This document shows, in pieces, positions 40,201 to 52,900 of a DNA stretch of 64,000 bases. The position numbers and the translations under genes were made by a program. A model generated the notes under the pieces. It was not told the DNA's origin. It saw only the letters and a program-made list of their open reading frames with translations, and ran no database searches. Each line of letters begins with the position of its first letter. Positions within the stretch are counted from its first letter, which is position 1. The stretch is from Eledone cirrhosa (Eukaryota), in NCBI GenBank assembly GCA_964016885.1, contig OZ024744.1:15996001-16060000 (forward strand). Direction: 5' to 3'.

Positions 40201-43200
40201 GAATATGACCGAAGTTGGAGAAGGAGAATATGAAGGAAGTTGAAGAAGGAGAATCTGAAGGAAGTTGGAGGAGAGTATGAAGGAAGTTGGAGAAGGAGAG
40301 TATGAAGGAAGTTGAAGGAGGAGAATCAGAAGGAAGTTGGAGAAGGAGAGTATGAAGGAAGTTGGAGAAGGAGAATATGAAGAAAGTTGAAGGAGGAGAG
40401 TATGAAGGAAGTTGGAGAAGGAGAGTATGAAGGAAGTTGAAGAAGGAGAATCTGAAGGAAGTTGGGGAAGGAGAGTATGAAGGAAGTTGAAGGAGAAGAA
40501 TATGAAGGAAGTTGAAGAAGGAGAATCAGAAGGAAGTTGGAGAAGGAGAGTATGAAGGAAGTTGGAGAAGGAGAATATGAAGGAAGTTGAAGGAGGAGAA
40601 TATGAAGGAAGTTGGAGAAGGAGAGTATGAAGGAAGTTGGAGAAGGAGAATATGAAGGAAGTTGGAGGAGAGTATGAAGGAAGTTGGAGAAGGAGAATAT
40701 GAAGAAAGTTGAAGGAGGAGAGTATGAAGGAAGTTGGAGAAGGAGAGTATGAAGGAAGTTGAAGAAGGAGAATCTGAAGGAAGTTGGGGAAGGAGAGTAT
40801 GAAGGAAGTTGAAGGAGAAGAATATGAAGGAAGTTGAAGAAAGAGAATATGAAGGAAGATGGAGGAGGGGAGTATGAAGGAAGTTGGAGAAGGAGAGTAT
40901 GAAGGAAGTTGGAGAAGGATAATCTGAAGGAAGTTGGAGAAGGAGAGTATGAAGGAAGTTGAAGGAGAATATAAACGAATTTGGAGAAGGAGAGTATGAA
41001 GGAAGTTGAAGGAGAAGAATATGAAGGAAGTTGAAGAAGGAGAATCTGAAGGAAGTTGGAGAAGGAGAGTCTAAAGGAAGTTGGAAAAGGAGAATATGAA
41101 GGAAGTTGGAGAAGGAGATTATGAAGGAAGTTGAAGAAGGAGAATATAAACGAATTTGGAGAAGGAGAGTATGAAGGAAGTTGGAGAATGAGAATCTGAA
41201 GGAAGTTGGAGAAGGAGAGTATGAAGGAAGTTTGAGAAGGAGAATCTGAAGGAAGTTGGAGAAGGAGAGTACGAAGGAAGTTGAAGGAGAAGAATATGAA
41301 GGAAGTTGAAAAATGAGAATCTGAAGGAAGTTGGAGAAGGAGAATATAAAGGAAATTGAAGGAGGAGAATGTGGACGAAGTTGGAGAAGGAGAATATGAA
41401 GGAAGTTGAAGGAGGAGAATATTAAGGAAGTTGAAGGAGGAGAATATGAACGAAGTTGGAGAAGAAGAATATGAAGCAAGTTGAAGAAGGAGAATCTGAA
41501 GGAAGTTGGAGGAGAGTATGAAGGAAGTTGGAGAAGGAGAGTATGAAGGAAGTTGAAGGAGGAGAATATGAACGAAGTTGGAGAAGGAGAATATGAAGGA
41601 AGTTGAAGAAGGAGAATCAGAAGGAAGTTGGAGAAGGAGAGTATGAAGGAAGTTGGAGAAGGAGAATATGAAGGAAGTTGAAGGAGGAGAATATGAAGGA
41701 AGTTGGAGAAGGAGAGTATGAAGGAAGTTGGAGAAGGAGAATATGAAGGAAGTCGGAGAAGGAGAGTATGAAGGAAGTTGGAGAAGGAGAATATGAAGAA
41801 AGTTGAAGGAGGAGAGTATGAAGGAAGTTGAAGGAGAAGAATATGAAGGAAGTTGAAGAAGGAGAATCTGAAGGAAGTTGGAGAAGGAGAATATAAAGGA
41901 AATTGAAGGAGGAGAATGTGGACGAAGTTGGAGAAGGAGAATATGAAGGAAGTTGAAGGAGGAGAATATTAAGGAAGTTGAAGAAGGAGAATCAGAAGGA
42001 AGTTGGAGAAGGAGAATATGAAGGAAGTTGAAGGAGGAGAATATAAACGAATTTGGAGAAGGAGAGTATGAAGGAAGTTGGAGAATGAGAATGTGAAGGA
42101 AGTTGGAGAAGGAGAATATGAAGGAAGTTGAAGGAGGAGAATATGAAGGAAGTTGGAGAAGGAGAATCAGAAGGAAGTTGGAGAAGCACAGAATGAAGGA
42201 AGTTGAAGAAGGAGAATCTGAAAGAAGTTGGAGAAGGAGAGTATGAAGGAAGTTGAAGAAGGAGAATCTGAAGGAAGTTGGAGAAGGAGAGTATGAAGGA
42301 AGTTGAAGGAGAAGAATATGAAGGAAGTTGAAGAAGGAGAATCTGAAGGAAGTTGGAGCAGGAGAGTATGAAGGAAGTTGGAGAAGGAGAGTATGAAGGA
42401 AGTTGGAGAAGGAGAGTATAAAGGAAGTTGAAGGAGGAGAATATGAAGTAAGTTGAAGATGGAGAATCTGAAGGAAGTTGGAGGAGAATATGAAGGAAGT
42501 TGGAGAAGGAGAATATGAAGGAAGTTGAAGAAGGAGAATATAAACGAATTTGGAGAAGGAGAGTATGAAGGAAGTTGGAGAATGAGAATCTGAAGGAAGT
42601 TGGAGAAGGAGAGTATGAAGGAAGTTTGAGAAGGAGAATCTGAAGGAAGTTGGAGAAGGAGAGTACGAAGGAATTTGAAGGAGAAGAATATGAAGGAAGT
42701 TGAAGAAAGAGAATATGAAGGAAGATGGAGGAGGAGAGTATGAAGGAAGTTGGAGAAGGAGAGTATGAAGGAGGTTGGAGGACGAGCGTATGAAGGAAGT
42801 TGGAGGAGGAGAGTATGAAGGAAGTTGGAGAAGGAGAGTATGAAGGAAGTTGGAGAAGGAGAATCTGAAGAAAGTTGGAGAAGGAGAGTACGAAGGAATT
42901 TGAAGGAGAAGAATATGAAGGAAGTTGAAGAAAGAGAATATGAAGGAAGATGGAGGAGGAGAGTATGAAGGAAGTTGGAGAAGGAGAGTATGAAGGAGGT
43001 TGGAGGACGAGCGTATGAAGGAAGTTGGAGGAGGAGAGTATGAAGGAAGTTGGAGAAGGAGAGTATGAAGGAAGTTGGAGAAGGAGTATCTGAAGAAGTT
43101 GGAGAAGGAGAGTATGAAGGAAGTTGAAGGAGAAGAATATGAAGGAAGTTGAAGAAAGAGAATCTGAAGGAAGTTGAGAAGGAGAATATGAAGGAAGTTG

Positions 43201-45980
43201 AAGGAGGAGAATATGAAGGAAGTTGGAGAAGGAGAATCAGAAGGAAGTTGGAGAAGCACAGAATGAAGGAAGTTGAAGAAGGAGAATCTGAAAGAAGTTG
43301 GAGAAGGAGAGTATGAAGGAAATTGAAGAAGGAGAATCTGAAGGAAGTTGGAGAAGGAGAGTATGAAGGAAGTTGAAGGAGAAGAATATGAAGGAAGTTG
43401 AAGAAGGAGAATCTGAAGGAAGTTGGAGAAGGAGAGTATGAAGGAAGTTGGAGAAGGAGAGTATGAAGGAAGTTGAAGGAGGAGAATATGAAGTAAGTTG
43501 AAGATGGAGAATCTGAAGGAAGTTGGAGGAGAATATGAAGGAAGTTGGAGAAGGAGAAAATGAAGGAAGTTGAAGAAGGAGAATATAAACGAATTTGGAG
43601 AAGGAGAGTATGAAGGAAGTTGGAGAATGAGAATCTGAAGGAAGTTGGAGAAGGAAAGTATGAAGGAAGTTTGAGCAGGAGAATCTGAAGGAAGTTGGAG
43701 AAGGAGAGTACGAAGGAATTTGAAGGAGAAGAATATGAAGGAAGTTGAAAAATGAGAATCTGAAGGAAGTTGGAGAAGGAGAATATAAAGGAAATTGAAG
43801 GAGGAGAATGTGGACGAAGTTGGAGAAGGAGAATATGAAGGAAGTTGGAGAAGGAGAGTATGAAGGAAGTTGAAGGAGGAGAATATGAACGAAGTTGGAG
43901 AAGGAGAATATGAAGGAAGTTGAAGAAGGAGAATCAGAAGGAAGTTGGAGAAGGAGAGTATGAAGGAAGTTGGAGAAGGAGAATATGAAGGAAGTTGAAG
44001 GAGGAGAATATGAAGGAAGTTGAAGGAGGAGAGTATGAAGGAAGTTGAAGGAGAAGAATATGAAGGAAGTTGAAGAAGGAGAATCAGAAGGAAGTTGGAG
44101 AAGGAGAGTATGAAGGAAGTTGGAGAAGGAGAATATGAAGGAAGTTGAAGGAGGAGAATATGAAGGAAGTTGGAGAAGGAGAGTATGAAGGAAGTTGGAG
44201 AAGGAGAATATGAAGGAAGTTGGAGAAGGAGAGTATGAAGGAAGTTGGAGAAGGAGAATATGAAGAAAGTTGAAGGAGGAGAGTATGAAGGAAGTTGGAG
44301 AAGGAGAGTATGAAGGAAGTTGAAGAAGGAGAATCTGAAGGAAGTTGGGGAAGGAGAGTATGAAGGAAGTTGAAGGAGAAGAATATGAAGGAAGTTGAAA
44401 AAAGAGAATATGAAGGAAGATGGAGGAGGAGAGTATGAAGGAAGTTGGAGAAGGAGAGTATGAAGGAGGTTGGAGGAGGAGCGTATGAAGGAAGTTGGAG
44501 GAGGAGAGTATGAAGGATGTTGGAGAAGGAGAGTATGAAGGAAGTTGGAGAAGGAGAATCTGAAGGAAGTTGGAGAAGGAGAGTATGAAGGAAGTTGAAG
44601 GAGAATATGAAGGAAGTTGGAGAAGGAGAATATGAAGGAAGTTGAAGGAGGAGAATATAAACGAATTTGGAGAAGGAGAGTATGAAGGAAGTTGAAGGAG
44701 AAGAATATGAAGGAAGTTGAAGAAGGAGAATCTGAAGGAAGTTGGAGAAGGAGAGTCTGAAGGAAGTTGGAGAAGGAGAATATGAAGGAAGTTGGAGAAG
44801 GAGATTATGAAGGAAGTTGAAGGAGGAGAATATGAAGTAAGTTGAAGAAGGAGAATCTGAAGGAAGTTGGAGGAGAGTATGAAGGAAGTTGGAGAAGGAG
44901 AATATGAAGGAAGTTGAAGGAGGAGAATATAAACGAATTTGGAGAAGGAGAGTATGAAGGAAGTTGAAGGAGAAGAATATGAAGGAAGTTGAAGGAGAAT
45001 CTGAAGGAAGTTGGAGAAGGTGTGTATGAAGGAAGTTAGAGAAGGAGAATATGAAGGAAATTGAAGGAGGAGAATATGGACGAAGTTGGAGAAGGAGAGT
45101 ATGAAGGAAGTTGAAGAAGGAGAATCTGAAGGAAGTTGGAGGAGAGTATGAAGGAAGTTGGAGAAGGAGAGTATGAAGGAAGTTGAAGGAGGAGAATATG
45201 AACGAAGTTGGAGAAGGAGAATATGAAGGAAGTTGAAGTAGGAGAATATGAAGGAAGTTGAAGAAGGAGAATCAGAAGGAAGTTGGAGAAGGAGAGTATG
45301 AAGGAAGTTGGAGAAGGAGAGTATGAAGGAAGTTGGAGAAGGAGAGTATGAAGGAAGTTGAAGGAGGAGAAGATGAAGTAAGTTGAAGAAGGAGAATCTG
45401 AAGGAAGTTGGAGGAGAGTATGAAGGAAGTTGGAGAAGGAGAATATGAAGGAAGTTGAAGGAGGAGAATATAAACGAATTTGGAGAAGGAGAGTATGAAG
45501 GAAGTTGGAGAACGAGAATCTGAAGGAAGTTGGAGAAGGAGAGTATGAAGGAAGTTTGAGAAGGAGAATCTGAAGGATGTTGGAGAAGGAGAGTACGAAG
45601 GAAGTTGAAGGAGAAGAATATGAAGGAAGTTGAAGAAGGAGAATATGAAGGAAGTTGGAGAAGGAGAGTATGAAGGAAGTTGGAGAAGGAGAATATGAAG
45701 GAAATTGAAGGAGGAGAATATGAACGAAGTTGGAGAAGGAAAATATGAAGGAAGTTGAAGAAGGATAATCTGAAGGAAGTTGGAGGAGAGTATGAAGGAA
45801 GTTGGAGAAGGAGAGTATGAAGGAAGTTGAAGGAGGAGAATATGAACGAAGTTGGAGAAGGAGAATATGAAGGAAGTTGAAGAAGGAGAATCAAAAGGAA
45901 GTTGGAGAAGGAGAATATGAAGGAATTTGAAGGAGGAGAATATGAAGGAATTTGGAGAAGGAGAGTATGAAGGAAGTTGG
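31225..45980 (+). repeat. Large intra-array duplicated block, copy B (partner ~1-16915)
   Basis: Same marker series as copy A. It is about 2.2 kb shorter through internal multi-monomer indels. Confidence 0.88.
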
Positions 45981-46913
45981 AGGAGGAGAGTATGAAGGAA
46001 GTTGGAGAAGGAGAGTATGAAGGAAGTTGGAGAAGGAGTATCTGAAGAAGTTGGAGAAGGAGAGTATGAAGGAAGTTGAAGGAGAAGAATATGAAGGAAG
46101 TTGAAGAAAGAGAATCTGAAGGAAGTTGGAGAAGGAGAATATGAAGGAAGTTGAAGGAGGAGAATATGAAGGAAGTTGGAGAAGGAGAATCAGAAGGAAG
46201 TTGGAGAAGCACAGAATGAAGGAAGTTGAAGAAGGAGAATCTGAAGGAAGTTGGAGAAGGAGAGTATGAAGGAAGTTGGAGAAGGAGAGTATGAAGGAAG
46301 TTGGAGAAGGAGAGTATGAAGGAAGTTGAAGGAGGAGAATATGAAGTAAGTTGAAGATGGAGAATCTGAAGGAAGTTGGAGGAGAATATGAAGGAAGTTG
46401 GAGAAGGAGAATATGAAGGAAGTTGAAGAAGGAGAATATAAACGAATTTGGAGAAGGAGAGTATGAAGGAAGTTGGAGAATGAGAATCTGAAGGAAGTTG
46501 GAGAAGGAGAGTATGAAGGAAGTTTGAGAAGGAGAATCTGAAGGAAGTTGGAGAAGGAGAGTACGAAGGAAGTTTGAGAAGGAGAATCTGAAGGAAGTTG
46601 GAGAAGGAGAGTATGAAGGAAATTGGAGAAGGAGAATATGAAGAAAGTTGAAGGAGGAGAGTATGAAGGAAGTTGGAGAAGGAGAGTATGAAGGAAGTTG
46701 TAGAAGGAGAATCTGAAGGAAGTTGGGGAAGGAGAGTATGAAGGAAGTTGAAGGAGAAGAATATGAAGGAAGTTGAAGAAAGAGAATATGAAGGAAGATG
46801 GAGGAGGAGAGTATGAAGGAAGTTGAAGGAGAAGAATATGAAGGAAGTTGAAGAAAGAGAATCTGAAGGAAGTTGGAGAAGGAGAATATGAAGGAAGTTG
46901 AAGGAGGAGAATA

Positions 46914-49900
46914 TGAAGGAAGTTGGAGAAGGAGAGTCAGAAGGAAGTTGGAGAAGCACAGAATGAAGGAAGTTGAAGAAGGAGAATCTGAAAGAAGTTG
47001 GAGAAGGAGAGTATGAAGGAAGTTGAAGAAGGAGAATCTGAAGGAAGTTGGAGAAGGAGAGTATGAAGGAAGTTGAAGGAGAAGAATATGAAGGAAGTTG
47101 AAGAAGGAGAATCTGAAGGAAGTTGGAGCAGGAGAGTATGAAGGAAGTTGGAGAAGGAGAGTATGAAGGAAGTTGGAGAAGGAGAGTATGAAGGAAGTTG
47201 AAGGAGGAGAATATGAAGTAAGTTGAAGATCGAGAATCTGAAGGAAGTTGGAGGAGAATATGAAGGAAGTTGGAGAAGGAGAATATGAAGGAAGTTGAAG
47301 AAGGAGAATATAAACGAATTTGCAGAAGGAGAGTATGAAGGAAGTTGGAGAATGAGAATCTGAAGGAAGTTGGAGAAGGAGAGTATGAAGGAAGTTTGAG
47401 AAGGAGAATCTGAAGGAAGTTGGAGAAGGAGAGTACGAAGGAAGTTGAAGGAGAAGAATATGAAGGAAGTTGAAAAATGAGAATCTGAAGGAAGTTGGAG
47501 AAGGAGAATATAAAGGAAATTGAAGGAGGAGAATGTGGACGAAGTTGGAGAAGGAGAATATGAAGGAAGTTGAAGGAGGAGAATATTAAGGAAGTTGAAG
47601 GAGGAGAATATGAACGAAGTTGGAGAAGAAGAATATGAAGGAAGTTGAAGAAGGAGAATCTGAAGGAAGTTGGAGGAGAGTATGAAGGAAGTTGGAGAAG
47701 GAGAGTATGAAGGAAGTTGAAGGAGGAGAATATGAACGATGTTGGAGAAGGAGAATATGAAGGAAGTTGAAGAAGGAGAATCAGAAGGAAGTTGGAGAAG
47801 GAGAGTATGAAGGAAGTTGGAGAAGGAGAATATGAAGGAAGTTGAAGGAGGAGAATCTGAAGGAAGTTGGAGGAGAGTATGAAGGAAGTTGGAGAATGAG
47901 AGTATGAAGGAAGTTGAAGAAGGAGAATATGAACGAAGTTGGAGAAGGAGAATATGAAGGAAGTTGAAGTAGGAGAATATGAAGGAAGTTGAAGAAGGAG
48001 AATCAGAAGGAAGTTGGAGAAGGAGAGTATGAAGGAAGTTGAAACAGGAGAATCTGAAAGAAGTTGGAGTGGTAGAGTATGAAGGAAGTTGGAGAAGGAG
48101 ATTATGAAGGATGTTGAAGGAGGAGAATATGAAGGAAGTTGGAGAAGGAGAGTATGATGGAAGTTGGAGAAGGAGAATATGAAGGAAGTTGGAGAAGGAG
48201 AGTATGAAGGAAGTTGGAGAAGGAGAATATGAAGAAAGTTGGAGAAGGAGAGTATGAAGGAAGTTGAAGGAGAAGAATATGTAGGAAGTTGAAGAAGGAG
48301 AATCTGAAGGAAGTTGGAGAAGGAGAGTATGAAGGAAGTTGGAGAAGGTGAGTATGAAGGAAGTTGGAGAAGGAGAGTATGAAGGAAGTTGAAGGAGGAG
48401 AATATGAAGTAAGTTGAAGAAGGAGAATCTGAAGGAAGTTGGAGGAGAGTATGAAGGAAGTTGGAGAAGGAGAATATGAAGGAAGTTGAAGGAGGAGAAT
48501 ATAAACGAATTTGGAGAAGGAGAGTATGAAGGAAGTTGGAGAATGAGAATCTGAAGGAAGTTGGTGAAGGATAGTATGAAGGAAGTTTGAGAAGGAGAAT
48601 CTGAAGGATGTTGGAGAAGGAGAGTACGAAGGAAGTTGAAGGAGAAGAATATGAAGGAAGTTGAAGAAGGAGAATATGAAGGAAGTTGGAGAAGGAGAGT
48701 ATGAAGGAAGTTGGAGAAGGAGAATATGAAGGAAATTGAAGGAGGAGAATATGAACGAAGTTGGAGAAGAAAAATATGAAGGAAGTTGAAGAAGGATAAT
48801 CTGAAGGAAGTTGGAGGAGAGTATGAAGGAAGTTGGAGAAGGAGAGTATGAAGGAAGTTGAAGGAGGAGAATATGAACGAAGTTGGAGAAGGAGAATATG
48901 AAGGAAGCTGAAGAAGGAGAATCAGAAGGAAGTTGGAGAAGGAGAATATGAAGGAAGTTGAAGGAGGAGAATATGAAGGAATTTGGAAAAGGAGAGTATG
49001 AAGGAAGTTGGAGAAGGAGAATATGAAGGAAGTTGGAGAAGGAGAGTATGAAGGAAATTGGAGAAGGAGAATATGAAGAAAGTTGAAGGAGGAGAGTATG
49101 AAGGACGTTGGAGAAGGAGAGTATGAAGGAAGTTGAAGAAGGAGAATCTGAAGGAAGTTGGGGAAGGAGAGTATGAAGGAAGTTGAAGAAGGAGAATCTG
49201 AAGGAAGTTGGAGCAGGAGAGTATGAAGGAAGTTGGAGAAGGAGAGTATGAAGGAAGTTGGAGAAGGAGAGTATGAAGGAAGTTGAAGGAGGAGAATATG
49301 AAGTAAGTTGAAGATCGAGAATCTGAAGGAAGTTGGAGGAGAATATGAAGGAAGTTGGAGAAGGAGAATATGAAGGAAGTTGAAGAAGGAGAATATAAAC
49401 GAATTTGGAGAAGGAGAGTATGAAGGAAGTTGGAGAATGAGAATCTGAAGGAAGTTGGAGAAGGAGAGTATGAAGGAAGTTTGAGAAGGAGAATCTGAAG
49501 GAAGTTGGAGAAGGAGAGTACGAAGGATGTTGAAGGAGAAGAATATGAAGGAAGTTGAAAAATGAGAATCTGAAGGAAGTTGGAGAAGGAGAATATAAAG
49601 GAAATTGAAGGAGGAGAATGTGGACGAAGTTGGAAAAGGAGAATATGAAGGAAGTTGAAGGAGGAGAATATTAAGGAAGTTGAAGGAGGAGAATATGAAC
49701 GAAGTTGGAGAAGAAGAATATGAAGGAAGTTGAAGGAGAATCTGAAGGAAGTTGGAGGAGAGTATGAAGGAAGTTGGAGAAGGAGAGTATGAAGGAAGTT
49801 GAAGGAGGAGAATATGAACGAAGTTGGAGAAGGAGAATATGAAGGAAGTTGAAGAAGGAGAATCAGAAGGAAGTTGGAGAAGGAGAGTATGAAGGAAGTT

Positions 49901-52900
49901 GGAGAAGGAGAATATGAAGGAAGTTGAAGGAGGAGAATATGAAGGAAGTTGGAGAAGGAGAGTATGAAGGAAGTTGGAGAAGGAGAATATGAAGGAAGTC
50001 GGAGAAGGAGAGTATGAAGGAAGTTGGAGAAGGAGAATATGAAGAAAGTTGAAGGAGGAGAGTATGAAGGAAGTTGAAGGAGAAGAATATGAAGGAAGTT
50101 GAAGAAGGAGAATCTGAAGGAAGTTGGAGAAGGAGAATATAAAGGAAATTGAAGGAGGAGAATGTGGACGAAGTTGGAGAAGGAGAATATGAAGGAAGTT
50201 GAAGGAGGAGAATATTAAGGAAGTTGAAGGAGGAGAATCAGAAGGAAGTTGGAGAAGGAGAATATGAAGGAAGTTGAAGGAGGAGAATATAAACGAATTT
50301 GGAGAAGGAGAGTATGAAGGAAGTTGGAGAATGAGAATGTGAAGGAAGTTGGAGAAGGAGAGTATGAAGGAAGTTTGAGAAGGAGAATCTGAAGGATGTT
50401 GGAGAAGGAGAGTACGAAGGAAGTTGAAGGAGAAGAATATGAAGAAAGTTGAAGAAGGAGAATCTGAAGGAAGTTGGAGAAGGAGAGTATGAAGGAAGTT
50501 GGAGAAGGAGAATATGAAGGAAATTGAAGGAGGAGAATATGACCGAAGTTGGAGAAGGAGAATATGAAGGAAGTTGAAGAAGGAGAATCTGAAGGAAGTT
50601 GGAGGAGAGTATGAAGGAAGTTGGAGAAGGAGAGTATAAAGGAAGTTGAAGGAGGAGAATCAGAAGGAAGTTGGAGAAGGAGAGTATGAAGGAAGTTGGA
50701 GAAGGAGAATATGAAGAAAGTTGAAGGGGGAGAGTATGAAGGAAGTTGCAGAAGGAGAGTATGAAGGAAGTTGAAGAAGGAGAATCTGAAGGAAGTTGGG
50801 GAAGGAGAGTATGAAGGAAGTTGAAGGAGGAGAATATGAAGTAAGTTGAAGATCGAGAATCTGAAGGAAGTTGGAGGAGAATATGAAGGAAGTTGGAGAA
50901 GGAGAATATGAAGGAAGTTGAAGAAGGAGAATATAAACGAATTTGCAGAAGGAGAGTATGAAGGAAGTTGGAGAATGAGAATCTGAAGGAAGTTGGAGAA
51001 GGAGAGTCAGAAGGAAGTTGGAGAAGCACAGAATGAAGGAAGTTGAAGAAGGAGAATCTGAAAGAAGTTGGAGAAGGAGAGTATGAAGGAAGTTGAAGAA
51101 GGAGAAGCTGAAGGAAGTTGGAGAAGGAGAGTATGAAGGAAGTTGAAGGAGAAGAATATGAAGGAAGTTGAAGAAGGAGAATCTGAAGGAAGTTGGAGCA
51201 GGAGAGTATGAAGGAAGTTGGAGAAGGAGAGTATGAAGGAAGTTGGAGAAGGAGAGTATGAAGGAAGTTGAAGGAGGAGAATATGAAGTAAGTTGAAGAT
51301 CGAGAATCTGAAGGAAGTTGGAGGAGAATATGAAGGAAGTTGGAGAAGGAGAATATGAAGGAAGTTGAAGAAGGAGAATATAAACGAATTTGCAGAAGGA
51401 GAGTATGAAGGAAGTTGGAGAATGAGAATCTGAAGGAAGTTGGAGAAGGAGAGTATGAAGGAAGTTTGAGAAGGAGAATCTGAAGGAAGTTGGAGAAGGA
51501 GAGTACGAAGGAAGTTGAAGGAGAAGAATATGAAGGAAGTTGAAAAATGAGAATCTGAAGGAAGTTGGAGAAGGAGAATATAAAGGAAATTGAAGGAGGA
51601 GAATGTGGACGAAGTTGGAGAAGGAGAATATGAAGGAAGTTGAAGGAGGAGAATATTAAGGAAGTTGAAGGAGGAGAATATGAACGAAGTTGGAGAAGAA
51701 GAATATGAAGGAAGTTGAAGAAGGAGAATCTGAAGGAAGTTGGAGGAGAGTATGAAGGAAGTTGGAGAAGGAGAGTATGAAGGAAGTTGAAGGAGGAGAA
51801 TATGAACGATGTTGGAGAAGGAGAATATGAAGGAAGTTGAAGAAGGAGAATCAGAAGGAAGTTGGAGAAGGAGAGTATGAAGGAAGTTGGAGAAGGAGAA
51901 TATGAAGGAAGTTGAAGGAGGAGAATCTGAAGGAAGTTGGAGGAGAGTATGAAGGAAGTTGGAGAATGAGAGTATGAAGGAAGTTGAAGAAGGAGAATAT
52001 GAACGAAGTTGGAGAAGGAGAATATGAAGGAAGTTGAAGTAGGAGAATATGAAGGAAGTTGAAGAAGGAGAATCAGAAGGAAGTTGGAGAAGGAGAGTAT
52101 GAAGGAAGTTGAAACAGGAGAATCTGAAAGAAGTTGGAGTGGTAGAGTATGAAGGAAGTTGGAGAAGGAGATTATGAAGGATGTTGAAGGAGGAGAATAT
52201 GAAGGAAGTTGGAGAAGGAGAGTATGATGGAAGTTGGAGAAGGAGAATATGAAGGAAGTTGGAGAAGGAGAGTATGAAGGAAGTTGGAGAAGGAGAATAT
52301 GAAGAAAGTTGGAGAAGGAGAGTATGAAGGAAGTTGAAGGAGAAGAATATGTAGGAAGTTGAAGAAGGAGAATCTGAAGGAAGTTGGAGAAGGAGAGTAT
52401 GAAGGAAGTTGGAGAAGGTGAGTATGAAGGAAGTTGGAGAAGGAGAGTATGAAGGAAGTTGAAGGAGGAGAATATGAAGTAAGTTGAAGAAGGAGAATCT
52501 GAAGGAAGTTGGAGGAGAGTATGAAGGAAGTTGGAGAAGGAGAATATGAAGGAAGTTGAAGGAGGAGAATATAAACGAATTTGGAGAAGGAGAGTATGAA
52601 GGAAGTTGGAGAATGAGAATCTGAAGGAAGTTGGTGAAGGATAGTATGAAGGAAGTTTGAGAAGGAGAATCTGAAGGATGTTGGAGAAGGAGAGTACGAA
52701 GGAAGTTGAAGGAGAAGAATATGAAGGAAGTTGAAGAAGGAGAATATGAAGGAAGTTGGAGAAGGAGAGTATGAAGGAAGTTGGAGAAGGAGAATATGAA
52801 GGAAATTGAAGGAGGAGAATATGAACGAAGTTGGAGAAGAAAAATATGAAGGAAGTTGAAGAAGGATAATCTGAAGGAAGTTGGAGGAGAGTATGAAGGA

